DNA of 32,000 nt from contig NZ_LNTB01000002.1 of assembly GCF_001462395.1 (NCBI RefSeq), positions 88,480-120,479 of the forward strand, read 5' to 3'. Below the pieces are notes generated by a model. It saw nothing but the letters and a program-made list of their open reading frames with translations, was not told where the DNA came from and ran no database searches. The number at the start of each line of letters is the position of its first letter. Position 1 is the stretch's first letter. Made by a program: the position numbers and the translations under genes. Origin of the DNA: Pyrodictium occultum. Lineage in GTDB: Archaea > Thermoproteota > Thermoprotei_A > Sulfolobales > Pyrodictiaceae. Positions 1 through 8,495 of this stretch are shown in pieces.

Positions 1-534
1 ATCTTACGCGCTCTCTCCACTTTTGGCGGCAGGTACTTCTACTGGCTATACATACTAATGATCCCGCTGGCAACTATGGTAGTAAAGAAAGTATCAAGAA
101 GCCCACTCAGTCTATTACCCTCCATAATCCTGATCTCCACGGCTGCGTTTTACGGCATACAGGATCCAACAATGGCTGCTAACACTTATGGAAACTATAT
201 TGGCTGGGCAGACAGAACCAGCTGGCATATAGCCCTAGAGCTACAGCCATACCTTGGCCACAGAGCATCCAAATGGATCGATCCAAGACTGTCAGCACCA
301 CTAAGCTCCACAGCTCCGCTACCAGCAGGTAATGGGAGAATCAACTATCAGCAAAAGGTAGCAATAATAGGTGTTGATAAGGTAGGATTGAAAGGCGCCT
401 CAAAGGACCCACGTAATGTAGACTGGTTTATAAGAAATTTCAACGTAGAACCACATAACATCATGAATAAGCTAGACGAATTTAGTGTAATTCTAAACAT
501 CGACAAATATATCGGGATATGGGGAAACCCTTGA
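1..534 (+). CDS. 3' part of a membrane-protein gene (5' end outside the window), function unknown
   Basis: The frame of ORF 58..534 stays open back to nt 1 (ILRALSTFGGRYFYWLYILMIPLATM...). Hydrophobic segments are followed by a soluble tail. Stop is TGA at 532-534. No recognisable catalytic motif. Confidence 0.4.
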   Translation: MLRALSTFGGRYFYWLYILMIPLATMVVKKVSRSPLSLLPSIILISTAAFYGIQDPTMAANTYGNYIGWADRTSWHIALELQPYLGHRASKWIDPRLSAPLSSTAPLPAGNGRINYQQKVAIIGVDKVGLKGASKDPRNVDWFIRNFNVEPHNIMNKLDEFSVILNIDKYIGIWGNP

Positions 535-1643
535 AGATTCTTTTCCAAACAATAGGTGTTTTAATACAATATAATTGGGCTTTACCATACTATTTGAGTA
601 GAGAGGACGTTAAAATTACTCTCATAACGAATATGTTTTCCTACTTTATGGGCGGGTATTATTACCACTTTAAAGCACTTAATAAGCTAACACCGCTTTT
701 CACGGGCTTCGGGTTACCTTATACCCAGCAATACGACAAAAATATTACCAGTAACATTCCAGTAGGTAGGCTTAGTAGAGGATCTGATGTAATCCATCTT
801 AATGATTCAAAAAATCCTCTTACGAAAAGACTGTTAAATGTAGATAAACCTAAGCTTTTCTTCCTTCATGGATCGCTAGATATAATAAATCTAGCTAATC
901 CGCCTAAAGAATTAGAGGAAATAAGATCTAAAGTTGATGCGTTCGTGGTTGCAAGCAATCATGCCGCCTATACTGTTAGGAGAGTGCTCGGGTTCACGCC
1001 GATAGTTATACATCACGGCATAGATACTATGATATTCAACCCCTTCAATATCACTAAGCAGAGAGCGAGAGAAAAACTGTCAATACCATTGAATAAAAGG
1101 GTTATATTATAGGTCGCCCGGATAAGCCCTGAGAAAAACCTCCAGATGGCCATCAAAGCCCTCCCACATGTGGTTAGTGAGGATAAAGATGTTCTACTGG
1201 TAGTTAAAGGGAGAACAGTAGATAGAAAGTATTTGGGTTTCATTCTCAAGCTGATTAAGAAGCTAAATGTGAGTAAATATGTAAGATTTGATTTCAAATG
1301 GAGCCCCAACGTGACTATGGTCTATTATTATTATCGGGCTGCAGATGTTTATGTACATACATCCTTGTCCGAAGCTTTTGGCTCCCTAACACTCTTAGAA
1401 GCTATGGCTTCAGGGACGCCAGTAGTAGCAAATAACGCTTCAAGCATCCCTGAAGCCGTTGGTAATGCTGGCCTACTAGTAAACTCAGAGGAAGAACTAG
1501 CTGAAAAGATTCTAGAAATACTGCATGATGATAGCCTAAGACGCAAACTATCTAGAGAAGGCTTTAGAAGAGTTATCGAAAATTTTTCGTTAAAAATAAC
1601 TGCTAAGAAATATCTACAACTATATAGAAAATTGATGGGTTAA
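519..1643 (+). pseudogene. GT4-family (GT-B) glycosyltransferase interrupted by an in-frame TAG at 1110-1112
   Basis: ORFs 519..1112 and 1146..1643 are in the same frame. The codons right after the TAG read VARISPEKN, so the join is ...NKRVIL*VARISPEKN..., which is the classic GT4 motif (I/V)L(Y/F)VGRxxxxKG with the aromatic replaced by a stop. The C-terminal half carries E..FG....LEAMASGTPVV. Confidence 0.8.
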
Positions 1644-1661
1644 AAAGGTGTAAGCAAGGAC

Positions 1662-2174
1662 GTGGTGCTAGTTAGCATAGTAATATTAAACTACAATTGT
1701 AGTTTAATATTACATTGTGAAGAGTACTTGAACAGATTGCTTGGAAGTTGCTCTATATTAACTACTAGAGGACATGCTTTTGCTGTTCTTATACGGAGGG
1801 AGACAGTTATAGATTGGAAACCACGACATGATCTTTCAGCACTTGAGACCTTCAGCCTTGCACAACATATATTATCTAAGGGATACCTATGGATAGAGCT
1901 TTTTAAACCCTGTTGTATTCATCTAAAGGAGCTAAAATATGGAGCAGGTATAAGCCGTTATTTTAGACAAGGTCTTTGGGAAGGTGCAGGGGCTAGACTT
2001 GTAGGAATCAAGAAAAGACATATGCTTGAGGAAGTTGTTGCTAGATTATTAGGAGGGGTCTTAACCGCTTTAATTACTCATGATGTAAAACATTTAGCTA
2101 ATAATACAGCTTTAAGACTAGGGCTACTTCTAGGTTATCTTGTACCTTATAAATTCAGAGTCTGGCGTAGATGA
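1662..2174 (+). pseudogene. GT2-family glycosyltransferase remnant (internal deletion; nucleotide-binding/DxD core missing)
   Basis: GTG start. The N-terminus VSIVILNYN is the GT2 signature. About 25 aa later it runs straight into C-terminal-type GT2 segments (GHAFAVLIRRE..., ALETFSLAQHILSKGY...). No DNxS/DxD region is present. At 170 aa it is far shorter than the usual ~250-330 aa. Confidence 0.5.
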
Positions 2175-2256
2175 AATGTTTTGTGTCACAGCGTTGTTCG
2201 GAAATAAAAATTCCAGTTTATTAAACTAAGACAGCGTATTTAGTGAAAAGTCCAAG

Positions 2257-3462
2257 TTGAAAATACTTATTATCTCAGAGCCCTTTTGGCCTAAGGGTAG
2301 CGGAGGTCCTCTAGCCACTTATCTTATAACTAGGATTCTAGCAAGGAATAGAGACTTTAATATAACTGTTGTTATTGGCACTGAGAAATCGGCTAAGATA
2401 AGAAACGTTGAATTCATTGTGGATCCTATGCTTAGAGCTTCAAATAAGGTAAAGTTGTTACTAAGACTTACTAATCCTGTGGTAAGGCATAAATATGAGA
2501 AGCTTATAAAAAAATTCGATATATTGTATATTCCATCATACTCCCCCTGTGGTTATCCTCTAATACCTATTGCTAAGAGGCTTGGGAAGAAGGTGGTTGT
2601 TCACCTCCACGACTACCAGCCCTTCTCCTACAACTCCGTCATACCGGCAGGCCGCCACGGTAGTGTTTTGAATGGTGTCAGCTACGAGGCCCGGTACGAG
2701 GTTTACGAGCATGGCAGCGTTGGGAGGGCTGTCCTGGGATCCCTGGCGACCCCTCTCATAGGTCTTTACAGGCTGTGGGTTAGACAGGCGGATGCAGTCG
2801 TATGCGTCTCAAGGAGGCAGGCGGAAATAGTGGCTGAGATAGCGCCAGAGCTTAGGGGCAGGATCAGGGTCGTATACAACCCCCTCCCAGACGTCCCCCC
2901 AACGGAGAAGAGGCTTGGAGACCCCGCCTTCCTATATCTAGGCGGTGACAGCTACATTAAGGGGTTCCATGTTCTCCTGGGCGCTTCCCGGAAAATCCTG
3001 GAGCATTATCCCAATGTAGAATTCCTGCTAGCCGGGAGATTCAGGGATTCAAGCAGGCTCCTCGTCGAGAAGCTGAACAGAAGGTTTAATGAAGCATATA
3101 GGGTGCTAGGCTACCTGAAGCATGAAGATATTGTAAGGCTTCACGGAGAGAGCTACGCCCTCCTCTTCCCATCAGTAGTCGAGGAGCCCTCGCCATACGC
3201 TGTCCTCGAATCCATGCTGGCCGGGACGATACCAATAGCTTCGAGGGTGGGCGGGGTCCCCGAGATAGTTGAGGGTACACCCGCCGAGAGAATGCTCTTC
3301 ACGCCAGGCGATGCAGGCGAGCTAGTGGACCGTATCGAACACGTTTTATCCTTCTCCAAGGAGCAGCTAGTCGATATGGGGTTTAAGCTGAGGGAGTCTG
3401 TCACGAGGAAGTTTAATAACGAAAGAATTAAGCGAGAGCTGATGAAAGTGTTTACTATATAA
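2257..3462 (+). CDS. GT4-family glycosyltransferase (GT-B)
   Basis: TTG start. N-terminus is MKILIISEPFWPKGSGGP. The EX7E motif reads EPSPYAVLESMLAGTIPIASRVGGVPEIV. Composition is mosaic: AT-rich up to ~2590, GC-richer at ~2590-3400, and AT-rich again at the 3' end. Confidence 0.85.
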   Translation: MKILIISEPFWPKGSGGPLATYLITRILARNRDFNITVVIGTEKSAKIRNVEFIVDPMLRASNKVKLLLRLTNPVVRHKYEKLIKKFDILYIPSYSPCGYPLIPIAKRLGKKVVVHLHDYQPFSYNSVIPAGRHGSVLNGVSYEARYEVYEHGSVGRAVLGSLATPLIGLYRLWVRQADAVVCVSRRQAEIVAEIAPELRGRIRVVYNPLPDVPPTEKRLGDPAFLYLGGDSYIKGFHVLLGASRKILEHYPNVEFLLAGRFRDSSRLLVEKLNRRFNEAYRVLGYLKHEDIVRLHGESYALLFPSVVEEPSPYAVLESMLAGTIPIASRVGGVPEIVEGTPAERMLFTPGDAGELVDRIEHVLSFSKEQLVDMGFKLRESVTRKFNNERIKRELMKVFTI

Positions 3463-3655
3463 ATGTGTGGGATAATGAGGCCGGCAGACCAGACTAATAC
3501 CTATAATACTGACGGCAACTATACCTACGTTTTTCACAGCCCAGGGATCGAGCCGTGGGTTCCAGGCCTTCTGAAGGCGAGGCACTCTCTAGGCAGATAA
3601 ACTTAGAGAAAGGTAAAACGCTAACAATGTACAATATTACGTTAATGAAAATACT

Positions 3656-3726
3656 CTTTAATATTTATAAGAAGAGGGCGGGAAGCAAGCTTTACTTGAT
3701 ATCGTTTAAGGTTAAAGGGTGATAGT
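3656..3726 (+). promoter_or_regulatory. Candidate TATA-like element and SD for the 3727 gene
   Basis: ctttaatatttataag lies at 3656-3671 (tttataa at 3664-3670). GGGTGA at 3717-3722 sits 4 nt before ATG 3727. Confidence 0.4.
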
Positions 3727-4677
3727 ATGAAAGTTGTGACGCTACCCGTTTTAAGCGTCGCAGTTTCTGGGGGCCGTGTATATGCTCTATTAAAGGAGTC
3801 AGATGGTAGGCTCTCCCTGGCTTCTTTCAACCGTGAACTGGAGGTTGAGGACAAGCTTGCAGCTCTAAAGGGTTCTAGAGGCTTTGTACTGGATGCATGG
3901 AGAGATTCCCTCCTGTTCTCAGTAGATAATAAGCTCTACGCCTTAAGGGGTGGTGAGGTTAAAAGTGTCCTTAGGGCTCACCTGCCGGTTAACATCTTCT
4001 GGCATGCAACTAGAGCGAATGGACACGTCTATGTCCAGGAGTATGGAGAGAGCCCTACGGGAATATTTGAGCTGGATAGGGATTACGAGAGCTCTCGGCT
4101 ATTGATCACTAATAGGGATCTCGATAAAGGCTCTAAGCACTTTCACAGCGTAGTGTATGATCCGTTTAGAGGCTGGCTAGTAGCCACGCTCGGGGATGGG
4201 AATTTATTGAGAGTTGCTGTCTCAGCTAATGGCGGGGAGAACTGGCGCCCTCTCTACAGGGGTCCCTGGCAGTTCGTCCCCATCGTTCCTTTGAAGGATA
4301 CAATCGTGTTCGGTATGGATAGCGGGATTGCGAGGGGTGGTGTAGGGATATATTATCCTAGCAAGAAGAGGTGGAGGTTCATATTTCTTAAATGGATTAA
4401 TGAGAGAGTTAAGCTTGCCCAGATGAGTGATTTGAAGCTGCTAAGCAATGGTTTATGGGTAGCTGCTCTAGGCACTCCTCAGGCGATAGTTGTCTCTAAA
4501 GATTTGAAAACATGGTATCCCCTATATGTTGAGGGGTTTGATGAGCATTTTAACCACTATATGCAGGTGAGTGTGGGAGAGGACTTCATAGCGTGTTCAA
4601 CAGGTAGAAGCCTTCTGGTGTTTAGGAAAGACGAGGTATATAATGCTTTGAATAAGAGCGAACCTGCAATGGCTTAA
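3727..4677 (+). CDS. Predicted beta-propeller protein with Asp-box (BNR-like) motifs, function unknown
   Basis: 316-aa ORF preceded by an SD. It has Asp-box-like S-x-(D/N)-x-G-x-x-W segments (SANGGENW, SKDLKTW) and repeated beta-strand-like blocks. No signal peptide is obvious. Confidence 0.5.
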   Translation: MKVVTLPVLSVAVSGGRVYALLKESDGRLSLASFNRELEVEDKLAALKGSRGFVLDAWRDSLLFSVDNKLYALRGGEVKSVLRAHLPVNIFWHATRANGHVYVQEYGESPTGIFELDRDYESSRLLITNRDLDKGSKHFHSVVYDPFRGWLVATLGDGNLLRVAVSANGGENWRPLYRGPWQFVPIVPLKDTIVFGMDSGIARGGVGIYYPSKKRWRFIFLKWINERVKLAQMSDLKLLSNGLWVAALGTPQAIVVSKDLKTWYPLYVEGFDEHFNHYMQVSVGEDFIACSTGRSLLVFRKDEVYNALNKSEPAMA

Positions 4678-4701
4678 AGGCATAGTAAGGTTTAAGATGA
4701 G

Positions 4702-4730
4702 AGTTCGTCATAGCCATTATATGACGAACT
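4702..4730 (+). terminator. Hairpin downstream of the 3727..4677 gene
   Basis: Perfect 11-bp inverted repeat agttcgtcata (4702-4712) / tatgacgaact (4720-4730) with the 7-nt loop gccatta, followed by T-rich ttgtgttg. It begins 25 nt after the TAA stop. Confidence 0.4.
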
Positions 4731-4904
4731 TTGTGTTGAGCCATGGAATATAAGAAAATGCTATTAATAGCTGCTACGGCTACAGTTATTGGACTTAAGG
4801 AGCTTGATTCTAGGAGTATTTTCTAAGCTGTCTGATCTTCTAACAAAGAATCGTCTCAAACGAGCTTAGAAAATTATACTTTAATGAAGCCCTAAGGAGG
4901 GGAA

Positions 4905-5057
4905 ATGCCGAACTCAGAAAAAGATTCTAGAAAAACATATAATCTATCTACAAGATTAGTGGATGCGTCGGAAGAAAAACACGGACCCATATTGATACGT
5001 TGTATTTGTTCTAAAAGGGCAAAAGATAGAGGAATCTTAGTGAGAGGGCTGATGTAG
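4905..5057 (+). CDS. Small ORF (50 aa) with a strong SD, unknown function
   Basis: AAGGAGGGG at 4894-4902 precedes ATG 4905. The product is MPNSEKDSRKTYNLSTRLVDASEEKHGPILIRCICSKRAKDRGILVRGLM, ending at TAG 5055-5057. It is below the ORF-track size cutoff and lies in an otherwise ~410-nt gap. Confidence 0.25.
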   Translation: MPNSEKDSRKTYNLSTRLVDASEEKHGPILIRCICSKRAKDRGILVRGLM

Positions 5058-5090
5058 GCATATACCTCGCTAAAAAGGGGAAAGCTAGCC

Positions 5091-5732
5091 TTGCCGAGGA
5101 GGCATATAATTGTGTTTGTTGGCCATGTTGGGGCTGGCAAAACTACACAGGCAAAATATTTAGAAGCATATTTAAAGAAAAGAGGTCAAAGATCAAAGTT
5201 TACTTATTTGAAAACATATTTTGTTTTTACAAATAACTTACTGCGAATATTTAGAAGAATGAATATTAGTAGAATAGGTCTCTATTTTATTCATCGGTTG
5301 CTGGTTGTACTGGACCTAGTAATTAATGTCTTTATTCTTCCTCTTTTAGCCTTATTTAGAGTTAGAATACCTTCTAAGTTTTACAAATACATTCTTATTG
5401 AGGAGTATTTGCCTGGAATTCTTGTGGATTATGTTCATGCGAAATTAATACTTAGATTAAATAAGAAATTCTTAATGAGGGCTATGCATGTTTTACTCAG
5501 ACTTCTCTACATCGACTCAACAACGATCATATTAGTGTGCAATGCTCAATCCCTGCCGTACCGCTGGAAGGCTAGAAATACTCCTCCAGAAGCACCCTCT
5601 TACCTCAAGGTGCAAGAGAAAGTATTTACCCTATGGAGTAAACACGTGGAAAACACTTTTTACGTATCTACTGAAGGAAGAAGTGTCAAGGAAACGAATC
5701 GAGAAATAAGAAAGCTGTTAAATATTCCTTAG
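5091..5732 (+). CDS. P-loop NTPase with a thymidylate-kinase-like N-terminus and an internal hydrophobic segment
   Basis: TTG start. Walker A is in IIVFVGHVGAGKTTQAKYLEAYLKKRG, which resembles the dTMP-kinase P-loop IxFEGxDGxGKTTQ. It is followed by the long hydrophobic stretch IGLYFIHRLLVVLDLVINVFILPLLALF. This is the most AT-rich gene in the window. Confidence 0.55.
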   Translation: MPRRHIIVFVGHVGAGKTTQAKYLEAYLKKRGQRSKFTYLKTYFVFTNNLLRIFRRMNISRIGLYFIHRLLVVLDLVINVFILPLLALFRVRIPSKFYKYILIEEYLPGILVDYVHAKLILRLNKKFLMRAMHVLLRLLYIDSTTIILVCNAQSLPYRWKARNTPPEAPSYLKVQEKVFTLWSKHVENTFYVSTEGRSVKETNREIRKLLNIP

Positions 5733-5757
5733 TTTAAAAATTGAGGTACTTAGGGAA

Positions 5758-6963
5758 ATGAAGCCTCTTATAATAGCACCAAATGATCTAAGGATACGTG
5801 AAGGCACGACTATAAGGATTACAGGGCTTATAAAGAGTATTGCCCCCAATATGGAGAAAATATATCTTGCCTCAGCGTTCATAAACAAAGAGTTATCCCA
5901 ACTACATAATTTAGAGTGGGTTAAGATTAGATTCCTAAGAGCATTAACATTACTATCCATAAATTATTCAAGCATTATGTCGAGGCATTTCTTTGATATT
6001 GGTTTAACACGTATCATGATAAATAAGGAAATACGTGACGCTGACGTAATTCATGCTCATTGGATTCTCACCTTACCCTTAGCGGTAGGTATTCATAAAT
6101 ATAATGGAGCCCCCATAATTGTAGACCTTCACGGGCTTTTCGAGCTCCAATCCCAAAGCCCATCCATTTCTCTTGCAGGCTGGCTCTTAGTTAACCTGTC
6201 TAGGATAATTGAGGTAATGCGCGTGAGAGATAAATACATAGAAGCCTTCACTGTTCCCTCGGAGCCCCTTAAGCAATATCTTATACGCAGGTATGGACTG
6301 CCAGGTGACAAGATATTTGTGGTTCCAGATGGTATAGACATTAATGATATCCCTAGTTATGATGAGGATCTCGCTAATCAAATGAGGAACATGCTTGGCA
6401 TAAAAGATGAGCATGTGGTTGCCTATGTGGGAACAGTATCGTATTTCCATGGGTTTCACGATTTACTGAAGGCTTTCAAAATAGCTAAGCACCGCATAGA
6501 AAACATAAAACTGCTACTCATAGTTCCAAACAGAGTACAAGCACTTAATATAGCGGGCAGAACCGGCATAAGTGATCAAGACCTCATAGTTCTCGAAAAT
6601 ATTCCCCGGAGAAAAATATACTATTACCTCTACCTATCCGACGTTCTCGTAATACCCCACAGAGCCGGTACTCAGTTCGAGTTCCTACCCTCCAACAAGC
6701 TTCTCGACTATATTGCTTCAGGCAAGCCTATAGTAGGCTATGATCTGCCAAGCATCAGACATCTTCTATACAAGTATGAGCCGAAAATACTAGTTAAACC
6801 TAATGATCCAGAAGCCCTAGCCTCTGGAATAATAAATGCTCTTCAAATAAACAGACGGGCACCATATAAGGTTATTAAAGCAGTCTTAAGTAAATATTCA
6901 TGGAATAACGTAGGAAAGCAATTACTAAGTGTTTACAGGAGGGTTAAGGGAGGTATTAGATAA
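5758..6963 (+). CDS. GT-B fold glycosyltransferase (GT4-like)
   Basis: 401 aa with a GAGGT SD upstream. The N-terminal domain has an HAHW..., DLHG pattern. The C-terminal domain reads VAYVGTVSYFHG... and PSNKLLDYIASGKPIVGYDLPS. It is less canonical than the other GT4 genes. Confidence 0.6.
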   Translation: MKPLIIAPNDLRIREGTTIRITGLIKSIAPNMEKIYLASAFINKELSQLHNLEWVKIRFLRALTLLSINYSSIMSRHFFDIGLTRIMINKEIRDADVIHAHWILTLPLAVGIHKYNGAPIIVDLHGLFELQSQSPSISLAGWLLVNLSRIIEVMRVRDKYIEAFTVPSEPLKQYLIRRYGLPGDKIFVVPDGIDINDIPSYDEDLANQMRNMLGIKDEHVVAYVGTVSYFHGFHDLLKAFKIAKHRIENIKLLLIVPNRVQALNIAGRTGISDQDLIVLENIPRRKIYYYLYLSDVLVIPHRAGTQFEFLPSNKLLDYIASGKPIVGYDLPSIRHLLYKYEPKILVKPNDPEALASGIINALQINRRAPYKVIKAVLSKYSWNNVGKQLLSVYRRVKGGIR

Positions 6964-8456
6964 ATGATCTCGGTGATCGTAGTTTACAATGATGTAAGGA
7001 TACTAAACGAGTGGTTATTAGAGAGTTTGAAGAATCAAAGTGCAGATTATGAGCTTATAGCACTAGATAACAGGAAAGGCGATTTTCCTTCAGCTGCTAA
7101 TGCCTACAACTATGGAGGCTTAAGGGCACGTGGCGACTATCTAATGTTTGTTCATCAAGACGTAAGATTATTGGGGAATACTTGGATTGAGGAGGCGGAG
7201 AGAATTCTACGGAACTTGCCTAAGCTAGGTGCTGCAGGTGTGGCTGGAAAAAGATGTGATATTCGTGGAGTTATAACTAATGCTATTCATGGTGTTCCAC
7301 CGCGACCGGCTGGTCAGATAAGAATATCAAAACCTGTGAAGGTTCAAACGCTAGATCCCCTGCTTATAATTGTGCCGAGAAAAGTTTTCCAGAGATTAAA
7401 GTATGATGAACATACATGCAACGGATGGCATCTTTATTCCATTCCGAGGATTACTGCCTCACCTTACAAAGGGAGGGGTTCAACTGTTATGTGCTACCAC
7501 TTCCCGTTTATCATCGGTCAACAGGTGTAAAGCCGAAGAAAAGAAAACTCATTGACTACGGCCCTTATCCTGATGAATACTATGCGATACTTAAAAAAGT
7601 GTTAAGGAAGCATAGGCTCCATTACCGTAAGATATGCACGACTTGTGGGGACTACTATACATTTATACCTCTTTTTATCCAATTGACTCTGCCGAGAGTA
7701 ATGAAGACTATCTTCTTGAGACTGTTTGGATCAAGCTTACGGTTATTGATTAGGAGCTGGCTGCTCAGGAATTTCGTTACAGCCTACTTTACGGCCAAGT
7801 ATAGGAGGCTGTTGAGGGAGGGTGTAAGCTTAGATGACCTAATAGACTTTGCCTTTGAATTTGTTGGCCTACCACTAGTAAAGTCTCACCAATTGTCGGA
7901 TATCGACCTTATCAACGCGTTAACCATAAGGCCTGCCCAAGTAAAGGAGGAAATCCGAGAATTCCTGAGCATACTGCAGAAAATAAGACCTAAAATCATT
8001 CTGGAGATAGGCACTGAGCGAGGGGGGACACTATTCCTGCTCAGCCAGGTAGCGGATGAAGATGCCACACTCATATCCATAGACTTACCATGGGATAACC
8101 GAGCATCCAAAGGCCATAGCTTCGGCTTCAGCTATCCACCATGGAGAGAGAAACTTTACAGGTCATTTGCTAGGGGCAATCAGAAAATATATCTCCTAAG
8201 AGGGGATTCACACTCGCAAGCGACCCTAATGGAGGTCAAAAGAATCCTCAGAGGGAGAAAACTGGACGTCTTATTCATAGATGGGGATCATACTTATGAG
8301 GGTGTTAAGAAGGATTTTGAAATGTATTCTCCACTAGTTAAAAAAGGAGGTATAATAGCTTTCCACGACATTGTCCCACACCTGCCTGAAACCGGTTGTG
8401 AGGTAAACAAATTCTGGAACGAGATTAAGAATAACTATAAATATCTCTTGAGATAG
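6964..8456 (+). pseudogene. GT2 glycosyltransferase fused to a class I SAM methyltransferase, broken by a 1-nt frameshift near 7432-7446
   Basis: Frame 1 reads MISVIVVYND...LIALDN...GDYLMFVHQDV (DxD-like)...DEHTCNGWHLY. The GT2 sequence then continues in the -1 frame as (F)HSEDYCLTLQREGFNCYVLPLPVYHRS. The switch lies in the T-rich tract ctttattcc. The downstream part has the MTase motifs ILEIGTERGGTLFLL and LFIDGDHTYEGVKKDFEMYSPLVKKGGIIAFHDI. ATG 6964 directly follows the TAA (6961-6963) of the preceding gene. Confidence 0.7.
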
Positions 8457-8495
8457 TTTGAGGATTGGAACCAGAAGTGGGCGGAGATAGGTGTC

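Noticed and set aside
4892-5140. Minus-strand 82-aa ORF in the gap before the P-loop gene. Also minus-strand ORFs 3367..3585 and 3642..3854, and a 27-aa plus-strand hydrophobic ORF at 4743..4826.
   Set aside because: They overlap the starts or ends of better-supported plus-strand genes, or lack any start context. No motifs. They are kept only as a note that the 4678-5090 gap is unusually long.
1110-8456. The idea that the two in-frame TAG codons (1110-1112, 8454-8456) reflect amber recoding (a Pyl-like or reassigned stop) in the low-GC island.
   Set aside because: TAG is also the apparent genuine terminator of many intact genes in both compartments (e.g. 5730, 10007, 11251, 12304, 13800, 14232, 18818, 21603). 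No pyl-type genes or suppressor tRNA are visible. Nonsense mutation, a natural gene end or a sequencing error is simpler.
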